Of a DNA stretch of 64,000 nucleotides, positions 37,323-46,539 are shown in pieces. Each line of letters starts with the position of its first letter. The stretch's first letter is position 1. This DNA comes from Candidatus Parcubacteria bacterium (GTDB lineage Bacteria; Patescibacteriota; Minisyncoccia; Phycocordibacterales; UBA5272), in the NCBI GenBank assembly GCA_039796775.1, contig JBDKJD010000003.1, positions 12,697 through 76,696 of the forward strand. The letters run 5' to 3'. The notes below the pieces were generated by a model. That model was given only the letters and a program-made list of their open reading frames with translations, did not search any database and was not told where the DNA came from. The position numbers and the translations under genes are program-made.

Positions 37323-37535
37323 CTACTCAACAACCTCAAAGGAAGAGATGAATACTGGGCTCTTGAAAGACGATTTTTTGATTGGAGAATTTTCAAGATA
37401 AAGACTTACCGCCTCTTGGAGATTATCCATTGCTTCATCTAGCGCTTTGCCTTGACTCACAACACCAAGCTCTATGCATCGTGCGACAAAAATATTTTTT
37501 TCTTTAACTATACTTGCTGTGAATCTAAGGCTCAT
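37323..37535 (-). CDS. hicB: HicB family antitoxin (short)
   Basis: FVARCIELGVVSQG...EA-x-x-NLQEAVSLYLE; directly upstream of hicA. Confidence 0.85.
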   Translation of the reverse strand: MSLRFTASIVKEKNIFVARCIELGVVSQGKALDEAMDNLQEAVSLYLENSPIKKSSFKSPVFISSFEVVE

Positions 37536-37581
37536 ATGTTTCGATTATATACCCAAACATTACTAAGGGCAATTCTATATA

Positions 37582-37929
37582 CTACCTCCCTCTTGTTATC
37601 ACAACTCCAGGTACACAGTCATTCCAAATATCAGGCTTAGAGATATCAATAGTTACTGATTCTGCTTTTGAATGAGTAAGTACTGACTTTGCAATCTCCT
37701 CTGCTAAAGATTCGATGAGATTGTGTGGGCTCTTCATGAGAATGTCGTGCACAGATGAGCGTAAGAATTCATAATTAAGAGTTTCCTTTAGATCATCACT
37801 ATTGCCTGCATTTGCTGTAGAGCAAACAACAGAAACACTCACCACGAAACGCTGCGCTTTGTAATGCTCTTCTTTGTAATAGCCGTGTTTGGCGACGACC
37901 GTATAATTTTTAAGATAAATTGTATCCAT
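37582..37929 (-). CDS. folB: Dihydroneopterin aldolase
   Basis: HG-x-x-x-EE...QRF...SDDLKETLNY...LIESLAE...KP. Confidence 0.9.
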   Translation of the reverse strand: MDTIYLKNYTVVAKHGYYKEEHYKAQRFVVSVSVVCSTANAGNSDDLKETLNYEFLRSSVHDILMKSPHNLIESLAEEIAKSVLTHSKAESVTIDISKPDIWNDCVPGVVITRGR

Positions 37930-37949
37930 GTTGTTGTATGTGAAGTCTA

Positions 37950-38423
37950 TTATATTCCCAATATTCTATAAAGAGCAATTCCTGTTGCTATTGTCACATT
38001 AAGTGACTCTTTGGTTCCGAGCATCGGAATCTCTGCTATTACATCACACATAGCTAAAACCTCTTCTGACATACCGGTAACTTCAGGACCAATAATGAAC
38101 GCAACATTTTCTTTATCTTTTATACTCACCTCTTTGTAATCTATTGATTTCTCGTCTTGTTCGACTGCGATGATATATGTATTCTTCTCCCTGAGTTTAA
38201 GGAGCGCTCTGGTTGTCTCTTCTTCATATTCCCAACTAATGATCTCCTCGGCACCGAGTGCTACTTTTGCAAAGTCTTTTCTTTTGTTCCCCCATTTATC
38301 AAGCGGAGTTGGCGTTGTGCCACACAGGATAATATGAGTCACGCCACACGCATTCGCGGTACGAAAAATAGACCCAACATTATATACCGAGCGGAGATTA
38401 TCTAAGACAAGAGTGACTTTCAT
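37950..38423 (-). CDS. SpoU/TrmH family RNA methyltransferase
   Basis: LDNLRSVYNVGSIFRTA, GPE-x-x-G, IPMLGTKESLNV. Confidence 0.93.
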   Translation of the reverse strand: MKVTLVLDNLRSVYNVGSIFRTANACGVTHIILCGTTPTPLDKWGNKRKDFAKVALGAEEIISWEYEEETTRALLKLREKNTYIIAVEQDEKSIDYKEVSIKDKENVAFIIGPEVTGMSEEVLAMCDVIAEIPMLGTKESLNVTIATGIALYRILGI

Positions 38424-38447
38424 TCACACAATACTACCACACAAAAG

Positions 38448-38496
38448 CCTTTAGCTATTAGCGCTTGGCTTTTGGCTAACGGCTAAAAGCTAATGG
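38448..38496. repeat. Inverted heptamer arrays without spacer
   Basis: CCTTTAG CTATTAG CGCTTGG CTTTTGG | CTAACGG CTAAAAG CTAATGG. Confidence 0.7.
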
Positions 38497-38504
38497 CTGT
38501 TTAA

Positions 38505-39284
38505 TTACGCTCTCAACTTCCACCCTGTCTTGAAGATGTACACACATGCAGTTAACGAGAGCGCTGTTAATGTGCCGAGCACAGTCACTCCAAGAAGTAG
38601 CGAGGCTTCGTGATATCCAGTGAGTGCGTATCTGATACCGTCCACGACATAAAATATCGGGTTAAGATAAACAATTGCTTGCCACTTCTCTGGAAGCATG
38701 TGTACAGAGTAGAATGCACCTCCCAAGAATGTAAGCGGGGTTAAGATAAAGTTAGTCACAATGCCGAACTTCTCAAAACTATTATCTGCCCAAATGCCTG
38801 CAATAATACCCAAGAAACCAAAGAGGAATGAAGCAAGGAGCACATATCCGAGCAAGAGGAACGGATGCTCTACTGTGTTCACTCCAAACAAAAGCGCCAC
38901 AACAGAAAGTGCGACCATGATGGCAAGCGCTCGCACCACACCTCCTATAATCAGAGAGAGCACTAGTTCTACATACGAGATAGGAAGTGTGAGCATATCT
39001 TCAATAGTCTTCTGGAACTTCATAAAATAAATAGAGAAGCTCGTGGCAGAAAACACAGCCATTATGAGATTCATGGCGAATACCCCAGGGAATACGAATG
39101 TAAGGTATGGTAATCCTTCTATCAGATCAATCTTACTCCCAAGTACAAAACCGAAAACAAAAATATACAATACCGCAGTGAAGAAAGGTGCGATAAGCGC
39201 CTGCCCTATTACACGCCTCGTCCTCCCGACCTCTCTTCGAATAAGTGTGTAGAGTCCTATCCAGTTATTAAGATATGATTTCAT
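38505..39284 (-). CDS. ABC-2 type permease (YadH-like)
   Basis: PLTFLGGAFYS...NPIFYVVDGIRY. Confidence 0.92.
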   Translation of the reverse strand: MKSYLNNWIGLYTLIRREVGRTRRVIGQALIAPFFTAVLYIFVFGFVLGSKIDLIEGLPYLTFVFPGVFAMNLIMAVFSATSFSIYFMKFQKTIEDMLTLPISYVELVLSLIIGGVVRALAIMVALSVVALLFGVNTVEHPFLLLGYVLLASFLFGFLGIIAGIWADNSFEKFGIVTNFILTPLTFLGGAFYSVHMLPEKWQAIVYLNPIFYVVDGIRYALTGYHEASLLLGVTVLGTLTALSLTACVYIFKTGWKLRA

Positions 39285-39288
39285 ATAA

Positions 39289-40017
39289 TTATGCAGTATG
39301 TCCGATAAGCTCTAGATATGCTTCTTCTAATTTGCGACCTTTTGTTACTTCTTCTATTGTTCCGTCTTGTATAATCTCGCCGTTTTTTATAATCGCCACA
39401 CGTTCACACAATGCTTCTATTTCTTCTAAATAGTGAGACGTTAGAAGTATTGTCTTACCCTCTTTGTGTAAGATTCTCAAATATTTCCACAATGACTGAC
39501 GTGTCTCGACGTCCACTCCGGCGGTTGGTTCATCCAAGATAAGAATATCTGGGCTGTGCATCATCGCTTTAGCGAGCATAGTGCGACGCTTTAGACCCCC
39601 TGATAAAAATTGAAACTTCTTGTCTCTGTGTGACACAAGCTCAAAGAGCTCAAGAAGCTCTTGTCTTCTCTTCTCCATTTTTTCTCCTATGATACCGAAG
39701 AACCCAGCCTGATAATCAAGCATCTCATCTATCGTTTGGAAAATATCAACAGTGAACTCCTGAGGAGAAACACCAATACATGCTCGAGCATGACGATACT
39801 CTTCTACAACGTTATGACCATGTACTTCTATGACGCCTTCTGTCGGAGATGTTACCCCTGTGATACAGCTAATGGTCGTCGTTTTGCCGGCTCCATTTGG
39901 ACCAAGTATTCCTATGAACTGGCCTTTAGGAATGGAGAGGTCGATGCCATGCAATGTTTCAGCCTTTGCATCGCGATATGTCTTCCTGAGACCTTGTATG
40001 CTTATCGCTTCTTTCAT
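39289..40017 (-). CDS. ABC transporter ATP-binding protein (YadG-like)
   Basis: GPNGAGKTT, LSGG, ILDEPTAGVD. Confidence 0.95.
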   Translation of the reverse strand: MKEAISIQGLRKTYRDAKAETLHGIDLSIPKGQFIGILGPNGAGKTTTISCITGVTSPTEGVIEVHGHNVVEEYRHARACIGVSPQEFTVDIFQTIDEMLDYQAGFFGIIGEKMEKRRQELLELFELVSHRDKKFQFLSGGLKRRTMLAKAMMHSPDILILDEPTAGVDVETRQSLWKYLRILHKEGKTILLTSHYLEEIEALCERVAIIKNGEIIQDGTIEEVTKGRKLEEAYLELIGHTA

Positions 40018-40023
40018 AAATAA

Positions 40024-40536
40024 TTACGCAGTGTGCATAGGAAGCGCACCAAGATAATCCATCTTCCCTATCTGAGCACCCAAGTGTCGTACGATATCAT
40101 ACGCAGTCACTATATGAAAGAAGGTATTTTGAACAGGATACTTTTCTACGAAGTCTTTACCGAGTACATATGCTCCACCCATCCAGTAAAGACTGATATG
40201 TCGCTCGTCTGCTCCCACAAAATCCTCTTCTTGAAGTGTGAGCAGGAGCTCTTTTGTTTTGTTCACTCGAACTTTTAATTCTTGGAAGGTTGTTTCTGTG
40301 TCATCCATCTTCACATGCTCTTTGCCAGCTAAGAGAAAGAGGTTACGTCTTGCGTCATCTGTTGCGATACGAATCTGAGAAACAAAAGGGAACATGTCAG
40401 GCGCTAATCTGGTCTCGAGTATCTCTTTTTCTGTGATGGCTTTTTCTACAGAAAGAGCCTCTGCTTTAGCGATGATAGCTAAAAGAGAGTCCATACCTCC
40501 TAGTAATGTCTTGTGTATATAGCTGTAGTGATTCAT
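40024..40536 (-). CDS. DUF1993 family protein
   Basis: RLAPDMFP...Q...FFHIVTAYDI-x-RH-x-G-x-x-IGK-x-DY. Confidence 0.9.
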   Translation of the reverse strand: MNHYSYIHKTLLGGMDSLLAIIAKAEALSVEKAITEKEILETRLAPDMFPFVSQIRIATDDARRNLFLLAGKEHVKMDDTETTFQELKVRVNKTKELLLTLQEEDFVGADERHISLYWMGGAYVLGKDFVEKYPVQNTFFHIVTAYDIVRHLGAQIGKMDYLGALPMHTA

Positions 40537-40597
40537 AGATGTTATTATATAAAATAGTTAGTATGCTAAGTATACGCTTGATTGTGAGCGTTGTCTA

Positions 40598-40750
40598 TCA
40601 CTTCTCTTTGTTCTTATTTTTTCTACACACGTCACTACAGTAGATAACACTGTCCCATATACCTCGCTTAGCATATGATGCGCGATTGCTAAACGATCGC
40701 TTACACACAGGACACATCTTAGTATCATCTGAATACTTATTCGTTGCCAT
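40598..40750 (-). CDS. DUF2256 family small Cys-rich protein (second copy)
   Basis: Manual translation MATNKYSDDTKMCPVCKRSFSNRASYAKRGIWDSVIYCSDVCRKNKNKEK; overlaps the photolyase stop. Confidence 0.8.
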   Translation of the reverse strand: MATNKYSDDTKMCPVCKRSFSNRASYAKRGIWDSVIYCSDVCRKNKNKEK

Positions 40751-42164
40751 GTTTTGTGATCAGCATTCTCATACGAGGATTATTAATAAAAAGCTCTTGA
40801 TGCTTTTTGATGAAGTCCCAATAAAGTTTAGTCCACCCATCTCCCCACTCCCCTTTTTTATAATCACTCATTTTCAAAATATAATTAGCTCCTGATATAT
40901 AGGGCTTAGTCATCATCATACCGCCATCAGAATACGTGATCATGCTGTATACATTCGGAACCATAACCCAATCATAGGCATCGATGAACAATTCCATGAA
41001 CCACTTGTATATCTCATCTGGCGAATATTCATTGAGGAGCATATAATTCCCAACTATCATAAGCCGCTCAATATGATGAAGGTATGCCGTCTTAAGAACT
41101 TTTTGAATAGATACATCAACTGGAGTAGACCCGGTAGTACCATCCCAAAAAGATGCAGGCAACTTCTTGGTATATCCAAAATAATTCTTCTTCCTTTGTG
41201 TGACACCTGCTACTACATAGACACCACGCACGAACTCTCTCCAGCCGATGATTTGTCTAATGAATCCTTCTATTGATTCTATTCCTACATCATGCACTTC
41301 TCCGTACTCTATCGCTCTTCGCACTACATACTCTGGATCAAGAAGGCCGTTATTGAGATATGGACTAATCATGCTATGGAAAAGAACGTGAGCGTTTGAG
41401 ATGATTGCATCTTCGTACGGACCAAAGTCTTTGAACCTCTCTTTCAAAAATAATTCGAACACCTCCTTTGCTTCTTGTCGCGTGGTTGCATAATAATATA
41501 TATCTCCTTGTCCGTAGGAAGCTTGTATCGTGTCTCTCACATACGATCTCGCTTCTTGTATATAGTGATTATCATATTCCTTGAGCGCTTCTTTGACTTC
41601 CATTCCCTTTGGAATCTTTTTTCTATTGTCGACATCATATGTCCACTTGCCACCACGCGGCATATCTTGATCCATCAAAATCTGATACTTCTTCCTCACA
41701 TGAATATAAAAAGGCGTGAGTCGGTATGGGGCTTTAGGCAAAAGAGAAGTAACCTCATCCTTTGAGAGAAGAAACATTGGTGATTCATATCTGGTAAACA
41801 CGATTCCTGACGCTTTCTCACATGCGCGCAATCTCTTTTCTAAAATATAATCAACAGTATCGTAATACACACACGTTGCTGAATGGGTAAGATGTGGAAG
41901 TAAATAAGCCAAACCCTTACTTTTATCTTTAGTTACTTCGTAGGGCACATACCTCACTTCGTAAGAAGCGTCGAGTAATTCTTGCTCATACGCCTTCATG
42001 GTCGCACGATGAAACATAAGCTTTTGAATATGAAACGTAAGAGCATGATACTCATCCTTAAAAAAGAGAGGGTCTTCTATAAGAAAAATCTTTTTTATAT
42101 CCTTATCAAAAAGCTTGGGATTAAAGAGTTGATGAGGGAATAAAAGAAGTATTCTTTCGTGCAT
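40737..42164 (-). CDS. Cryptochrome/photolyase family protein (PhrB/FeS-BCP-like, Fe-S cysteines absent)
   Basis: FPHQLF, GGKWTYD-x-x-NR, FGPYEDA, EGFIRQIIGWRE, HHIERLM, DAYDWVM-x-PN, KPY. Confidence 0.92.
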   Translation of the reverse strand: MHERILLLFPHQLFNPKLFDKDIKKIFLIEDPLFFKDEYHALTFHIQKLMFHRATMKAYEQELLDASYEVRYVPYEVTKDKSKGLAYLLPHLTHSATCVYYDTVDYILEKRLRACEKASGIVFTRYESPMFLLSKDEVTSLLPKAPYRLTPFYIHVRKKYQILMDQDMPRGGKWTYDVDNRKKIPKGMEVKEALKEYDNHYIQEARSYVRDTIQASYGQGDIYYYATTRQEAKEVFELFLKERFKDFGPYEDAIISNAHVLFHSMISPYLNNGLLDPEYVVRRAIEYGEVHDVGIESIEGFIRQIIGWREFVRGVYVVAGVTQRKKNYFGYTKKLPASFWDGTTGSTPVDVSIQKVLKTAYLHHIERLMIVGNYMLLNEYSPDEIYKWFMELFIDAYDWVMVPNVYSMITYSDGGMMMTKPYISGANYILKMSDYKKGEWGDGWTKLYWDFIKKHQELFINNPRMRMLITKHGNE

Positions 42165-42186
42165 AGTAACGACTTAGTAACATGAG

Positions 42187-42801
42187 TTACTTCTTCATCT
42201 CGTGATAAAGCTCCATACGCATACCGAGCGGACTTGAGCCTTCGTTTCTATACTTACGAGAGAGAGTAAGTTGATAGATGCCAAACACCGCAGTCAAAAT
42301 AGTAGACCAAAACTTATACTGTACCCACACGTCATTATCATAGAATCTCCAAGCTATTTCATTGGTTATAGTCAGGAGCAAAAAGAATATCCCCCATCTA
42401 AGTGAAAGGATATACCACCCCTTCTCCTGTATATCAAAGAGCGTAATAAAAAGTGGCTTGAGCATCGCTTTGCCTATTAAAGCTCCTCCTAGCAAAAAGA
42501 CAGCAAAGAACCCATTATAAAATGTATCCTTTATCATGAAGAGTTCTGGATTCTTAAAAAAGAGCGTGATCACACCAAAAAGAATAACAGATATTCCAGC
42601 AATAAGTGGGAACCATGCAATTCTTTTTTCTAAAACATATGATGCAAGTAGTGCAAGCGCAGTACAAAGAGTAAAGATAGCGGTAGAAATAAGGAACGCC
42701 TTATCTTCACTTCCTAAAATAGACAAGGTGAGGAAAAAAAGTGCAATAGGTCCAAATTCAATAGACCAAGCAATGATAACTCCTTTGTACTTATTAGACA
42801 T
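42187..42801 (-). CDS. YciB/IspZ family inner membrane protein
   Basis: EFGP-x-x-LFF, FG-x-x-TL, W-x-x-LS-x-RWG-x-FF, NE-x-x-W, WV-x-YK. Confidence 0.85.
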   Translation of the reverse strand: MSNKYKGVIIAWSIEFGPIALFFLTLSILGSEDKAFLISTAIFTLCTALALLASYVLEKRIAWFPLIAGISVILFGVITLFFKNPELFMIKDTFYNGFFAVFLLGGALIGKAMLKPLFITLFDIQEKGWYILSLRWGIFFLLLTITNEIAWRFYDNDVWVQYKFWSTILTAVFGIYQLTLSRKYRNEGSSPLGMRMELYHEMKK

Positions 42802-42837
42802 TATTAGATAATAGCACGTATTAAAAAATAACCATCT

Positions 42838-43551
42838 CTATTTTGTACTGATACTATATAGCGAACCTATTTCTGTTATTGAACTTACCACGGAAGCGAT
42901 TACTTCTCTGTCAAAAACGATTTTGTGATGCCCGTGCACTGGGACGTGTATATTTTTAGCTCCTTCCAGATAACTTCCTTCTTCACTCCAGACATGATTA
43001 TCGTACTCTGGAATTATAGAAATAATTTTTTTATTTACATCTACATGTAACTGCAAATCTTTAATTATTTGACTTGTCGTATGTAATTCTTTTAGCGGCG
43101 CAATTGGGAGAACTTTTGTCATCTCTGACCCAGAGTAAGGCGTAGCAATAGAGATCATGCCGATTACTTTTCCTTTAGTAGTATTATGACAAAGAATATA
43201 TTTTCCTATGAGACCACCCTTACTGTGTCCTATGAGAATAACGTTTTTTAAATTATTCTCTTCAATAACTTCTGTCACCAAATTTGCAGAATGAGGAATG
43301 GTGTGAAGATTATACCCAAGCTTAGGAACTACATAGACTGGATGCCCCAATCTATGTAGTTCATTTACCATCTTTTTCATGAATCCCCATTTATTAAATA
43401 CCCCAGGAAGAATCACTACTGGATTCTTAGACAAATGACTAGCGTAACTGTGTGGTCGGTGAGGAGTAATATAAACAATACCCGCCATTACACCATAAAG
43501 CATGTACAGATAATCATGTGCCCATGCTTTTATTTTGGTAGAAAGTTTCAT
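42838..43551 (-). CDS. Alpha/beta hydrolase (lipase-like)
   Basis: GHSKGG nucleophile elbow, IATPYSG, C-terminal His. Confidence 0.88.
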   Translation of the reverse strand: MKLSTKIKAWAHDYLYMLYGVMAGIVYITPHRPHSYASHLSKNPVVILPGVFNKWGFMKKMVNELHRLGHPVYVVPKLGYNLHTIPHSANLVTEVIEENNLKNVILIGHSKGGLIGKYILCHNTTKGKVIGMISIATPYSGSEMTKVLPIAPLKELHTTSQIIKDLQLHVDVNKKIISIIPEYDNHVWSEEGSYLEGAKNIHVPVHGHHKIVFDREVIASVVSSITEIGSLYSISTK

Positions 43552-43565
43552 CTTCTTTTCTTTAA

Positions 43566-43850
43566 TTATACCAACACTTTCCCTGACGATGAAAACTTCA
43601 CACCTTCTTTTTTAAGAAGAGCTTCTTTACTCTTCCCTCTAAGTCCGTTATACCTACCTATCGCTCCATCTGACGTAACTACTCTGTGACATGGAATATT
43701 TTTGTCTTGATTGGCGGCCATGATATTCCCAACTGCACGAGACGCTTTAGGATTCCCAGCTTGTGCTGCTACTTGCTTATAAGTCATAACAGATCCCTCT
43801 GGAATCGCTTTCACCACATCACATACTTTTTGTTTAAAGGATAAGTGCAT
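43566..43850 (-). CDS. MGMT family alkyltransferase
   Basis: IPEG-x-V-x-TY, RAVG, PCHRVV; start at ATG 43850. Confidence 0.9.
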   Translation of the reverse strand: MHLSFKQKVCDVVKAIPEGSVMTYKQVAAQAGNPKASRAVGNIMAANQDKNIPCHRVVTSDGAIGRYNGLRGKSKEALLKKEGVKFSSSGKVLV

Positions 43851-43854
43851 ATAT

Positions 43855-44820
43855 TTATCCTCGGGCGACGAGATAAAAAACATACGCCACATAGATAATA
43901 ATAAACACAGCCCCCTTCCATGCGACAAGGGTATGCTTCTTACCCATAAACATAAAGATAAACAAAAGAAGCGCAGCCAAGAGACCAACTAAAATATCAA
44001 CAATAGATGAAGTTGACACAGTAACTGGTGTGATTATTGATGTGAGCCCGAGTATCCAAAACACATTAAATATATTAGAGCCGACTATATTTCCAACAGC
44101 CAGATCTGTCTCTCCTTTTTTAGCTGCAATGATAGATGTGACAAGCTCAGGCAAAGACGTACCTATGGCGACAATAGTGAGGCCAATGAAGAGTTCTGAA
44201 AGTCCTGCAACTTTTGCTAATACCACCGCTTGCTCGACGAATACTTTTCCTCCAAAGAAGAGCATGACAAGTCCTAGGACGACCAGAATGATAGCGTGTG
44301 GTTTTTTGTAAAGAACTATTTCATCCTCACCTTGAGAGGTTGGGCTTTCCTTCCTTGCAAGCTCTAAAATGTAGTACATAAAAATAGCAAAGAAAGAGAT
44401 GAGGAGTAATCCTTCCCCTCTTGTAATAAGATTCTGAGCGTCACCATTTAAAAGTACATCTTGGGTAACAAACAACACCGCAACCATCGCAAGGAGCGCG
44501 AATGGTATCTCTTTCCACACAGTAGAAGACGCGGCAGTAAGAGGAATAATAAGAGAGCACACTCCGAGTATTATTAATATATTAACAATGTTGGACCCAA
44601 CGATATTACCAAGAGCAATATCAGTGTTACCACCTACCGCAGATACCATATTAACCACAAGCTCAGGTGCTGATGTCCCAAAAGCAACAACTGTTAGCCC
44701 AATAACAAGAGATGACACTCCATATGACTTGGACAAAGAAGACGCTCCACGAACCAATATCTCTCCTCCTGCCACCAAAATACCTAAACCGATGAATAAT
44801 AATAAAAATGTAATAAACAT
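43855..44820 (-). CDS. Ca2+/Na+ antiporter (YrbG family)
   Basis: Two alpha repeats, GTSAPE and GTSLPE, each with GNIVGSNI. Confidence 0.95.
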   Translation of the reverse strand: MFITFLLLFIGLGILVAGGEILVRGASSLSKSYGVSSLVIGLTVVAFGTSAPELVVNMVSAVGGNTDIALGNIVGSNIVNILIILGVCSLIIPLTAASSTVWKEIPFALLAMVAVLFVTQDVLLNGDAQNLITRGEGLLLISFFAIFMYYILELARKESPTSQGEDEIVLYKKPHAIILVVLGLVMLFFGGKVFVEQAVVLAKVAGLSELFIGLTIVAIGTSLPELVTSIIAAKKGETDLAVGNIVGSNIFNVFWILGLTSIITPVTVSTSSIVDILVGLLAALLLFIFMFMGKKHTLVAWKGAVFIIIYVAYVFYLVARG

Positions 44821-44980
44821 AATCCTAGAAGCATACTAAAAAAATAACATGAAACAAAGTGATATATCTATTTCTGGTTCGCAACGACGAGACTCCCATA
44901 GCGAGGGGGGGTATTACCTGTATCTTGTTTAATACTCTCTCGGAAAATATGATATAATCTTCCGATCAGAAAAGATATCT

Positions 44981-45065
44981 AGAGGGTTCGCATAGCGGTC
45001 TAGTGCACTGCCTTGGAAAGGCAGCAAGGTGAAAGCCTTCGGGGGTTCGAATCCCCCACCCTCTG
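44981..45065 (+). tRNA. tRNA-Ser(GGA)
   Basis: AGAGGGT/ACCCTCT acceptor, CTGCC-TTGGAAA-GGCAG, long variable arm, GGTTCGAATCC; promoter TGATATAAT at 44950-44958. Confidence 0.95.
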
Positions 45066-45103
45066 CAAAATAATGAACACAAAGTGAAACTTTGTGTGAT
45101 TAT

Positions 45104-45258
45104 ATTTTGCATGAGAGGTGGGGGATTCGAACTGAGTCCGACACGAAGTCAACTTTGTACTCAAAATTGTGAGGACGAAGCGGGGTCGCGAAATAATCTT
45201 TTTATGAATTGTAACCAATGAAAGAAAAAGATATGTTTGGCGACCGAATCCCTACTCT
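45104..45258 (+). repeat. tRNA-Ser-associated element: inverted tRNA end, two-hairpin core, direct tRNA end
   Basis: ATTTTGCATGAGAGGTGGGGGATTCGAAC (45104-45132); core GGACGAAGCGGGGTCGCGA...TTATGA...GCGACC; GAATCCCTACTCT at 45246-45258. Confidence 0.8.
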
Positions 45259-45330
45259 TAAAAAACAAAAAACGAAACTGAAAGTTTCGCTTTTTGTTGC
45301 ATCTAACTACTAACTACAGTCTAGTGACTA

Positions 45331-45621
45331 CTAACTATTAGAAGCCTTCTCGTGGTACTCTTCTTCCTCCCCCTCCTTCTTCTCAGCGAATAACTTAGGC
45401 ACCCTCTTATACTCTTTTTTCTTCTCAACAAAAAAGTACACAACAGGCCCAATGACAGGCACACCAACAATGAGTACAACCCAAAGGAATCTATCCATCT
45501 TCGCAGCGTCAACTACCATCCAAAGAGTGAACGCAATTGCGAGCACGTAACATGCATACACAACAAAGGAAAGTAGCGCCCACACCAGAAGTCCCACAAA
45601 CATCATTGTTCCTGTAATCAT
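45331..45621 (-). CDS. Small membrane protein with PLDc_N-like motif
   Basis: WMVVDA...LWVVLI...PVIG-x-x-x-YFF. Confidence 0.7.
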   Translation of the reverse strand: MITGTMMFVGLLVWALLSFVVYACYVLAIAFTLWMVVDAAKMDRFLWVVLIVGVPVIGPVVYFFVEKKKEYKRVPKLFAEKKEGEEEEYHEKASNS

Positions 45622-45627
45622 ATACTG

Positions 45628-46539
45628 TTACTTGATTCCTCGTAATCTAGCTGTTCTCTCTGCAACTGGAGGATGTGTCATGAAGAGTTTTTGGAACCAA
45701 CTTATCTGTTCATGCTCACGAATCTCACTTTCATCATTCACTCCACTAGGATCAGAAATAAAGAGGTGCGCAATTGCTGCATGTTGTACCCGCATCGGCT
45801 GATGGAAGTTACTAATCTTCTCTAAAGCAGATGCAAGACCCTCTGGATAGCGAGTAATGAGCGCTCCTGTCGCGTCTGCCAGAAACTCACGCTCGCGTGA
45901 GATAGCAAGCTTGATAATCATCGCAGCTAAAGGCGCGAGAATTATCGCTACTATTCCTAATACTAAGGAGATCGGACTCTTGTTCTCATTGTCGCGGCCT
46001 CCAAACATAGAAGCATGAAGCACCATATCTGCCACGAAAGAAATCATTCCCGCGAATACCACAATAACTGTCTGCAGTAACATATCACGATTGCCGATAT
46101 GAGCTAGCTCATGAGCGAGCACTCCTTCTAATTCACTTTTATTAAGAAGTGGGAGGAGTCCTGTGGTGACAGCAACAACAGCGTTATCTTGATTGCGTCC
46201 TGTAGCAAATGCATTAGGCGCTGGATCATCAATCACATAGAGCTTGGGCATAGGAAGCCCTGCTGTGATACAGAGATTCTCAAGCGTGTTGTAGAGATCT
46301 TGGAATTCTTCTTTGGACTCTATACGACGAGCATTCGCCATAGAAAGTACGAGCTTATCTGAGAACCAGTATGCTCCAACATTCATGACGAGACTTATCG
46401 CTATCGCTCCATAAAGAAGCGAAGGGTTGCCATACATAAACGAAAGCGTAAAACCAATCACGATAACCAAAAGGAGGAACCCGGTCATCATGAACCATGT
46501 CTTTCGTATGTTAGCTGATTGATTGGAATATAAATTCAT
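45628..46539 (-). CDS. htpX: M48 Zn metalloprotease HtpX
   Basis: PNAFATG, HELAH, SREREFLAD, THPP. Confidence 0.95.
   Translation of the reverse strand: MNLYSNQSANIRKTWFMMTGFLLLVIVIGFTLSFMYGNPSLLYGAIAISLVMNVGAYWFSDKLVLSMANARRIESKEEFQDLYNTLENLCITAGLPMPKLYVIDDPAPNAFATGRNQDNAVVAVTTGLLPLLNKSELEGVLAHELAHIGNRDMLLQTVIVVFAGMISFVADMVLHASMFGGRDNENKSPISLVLGIVAIILAPLAAMIIKLAISREREFLADATGALITRYPEGLASALEKISNFHQPMRVQHAAIAHLFISDPSGVNDESEIREHEQISWFQKLFMTHPPVAERTARLRGIK

Noticed and set aside
44905-44911. G7 tract as a third phase-variation site
   Set aside because: Not within an ORF or between recognisable -35/-10 boxes.
45132-45180. Hammerhead ribozyme look-alike (CTGAGTCC...GTGAGGACGAAG)
   Set aside because: Lacks the CUGANGA and GAAA core, and the motif is not kept in the Phe and Arg element copies.
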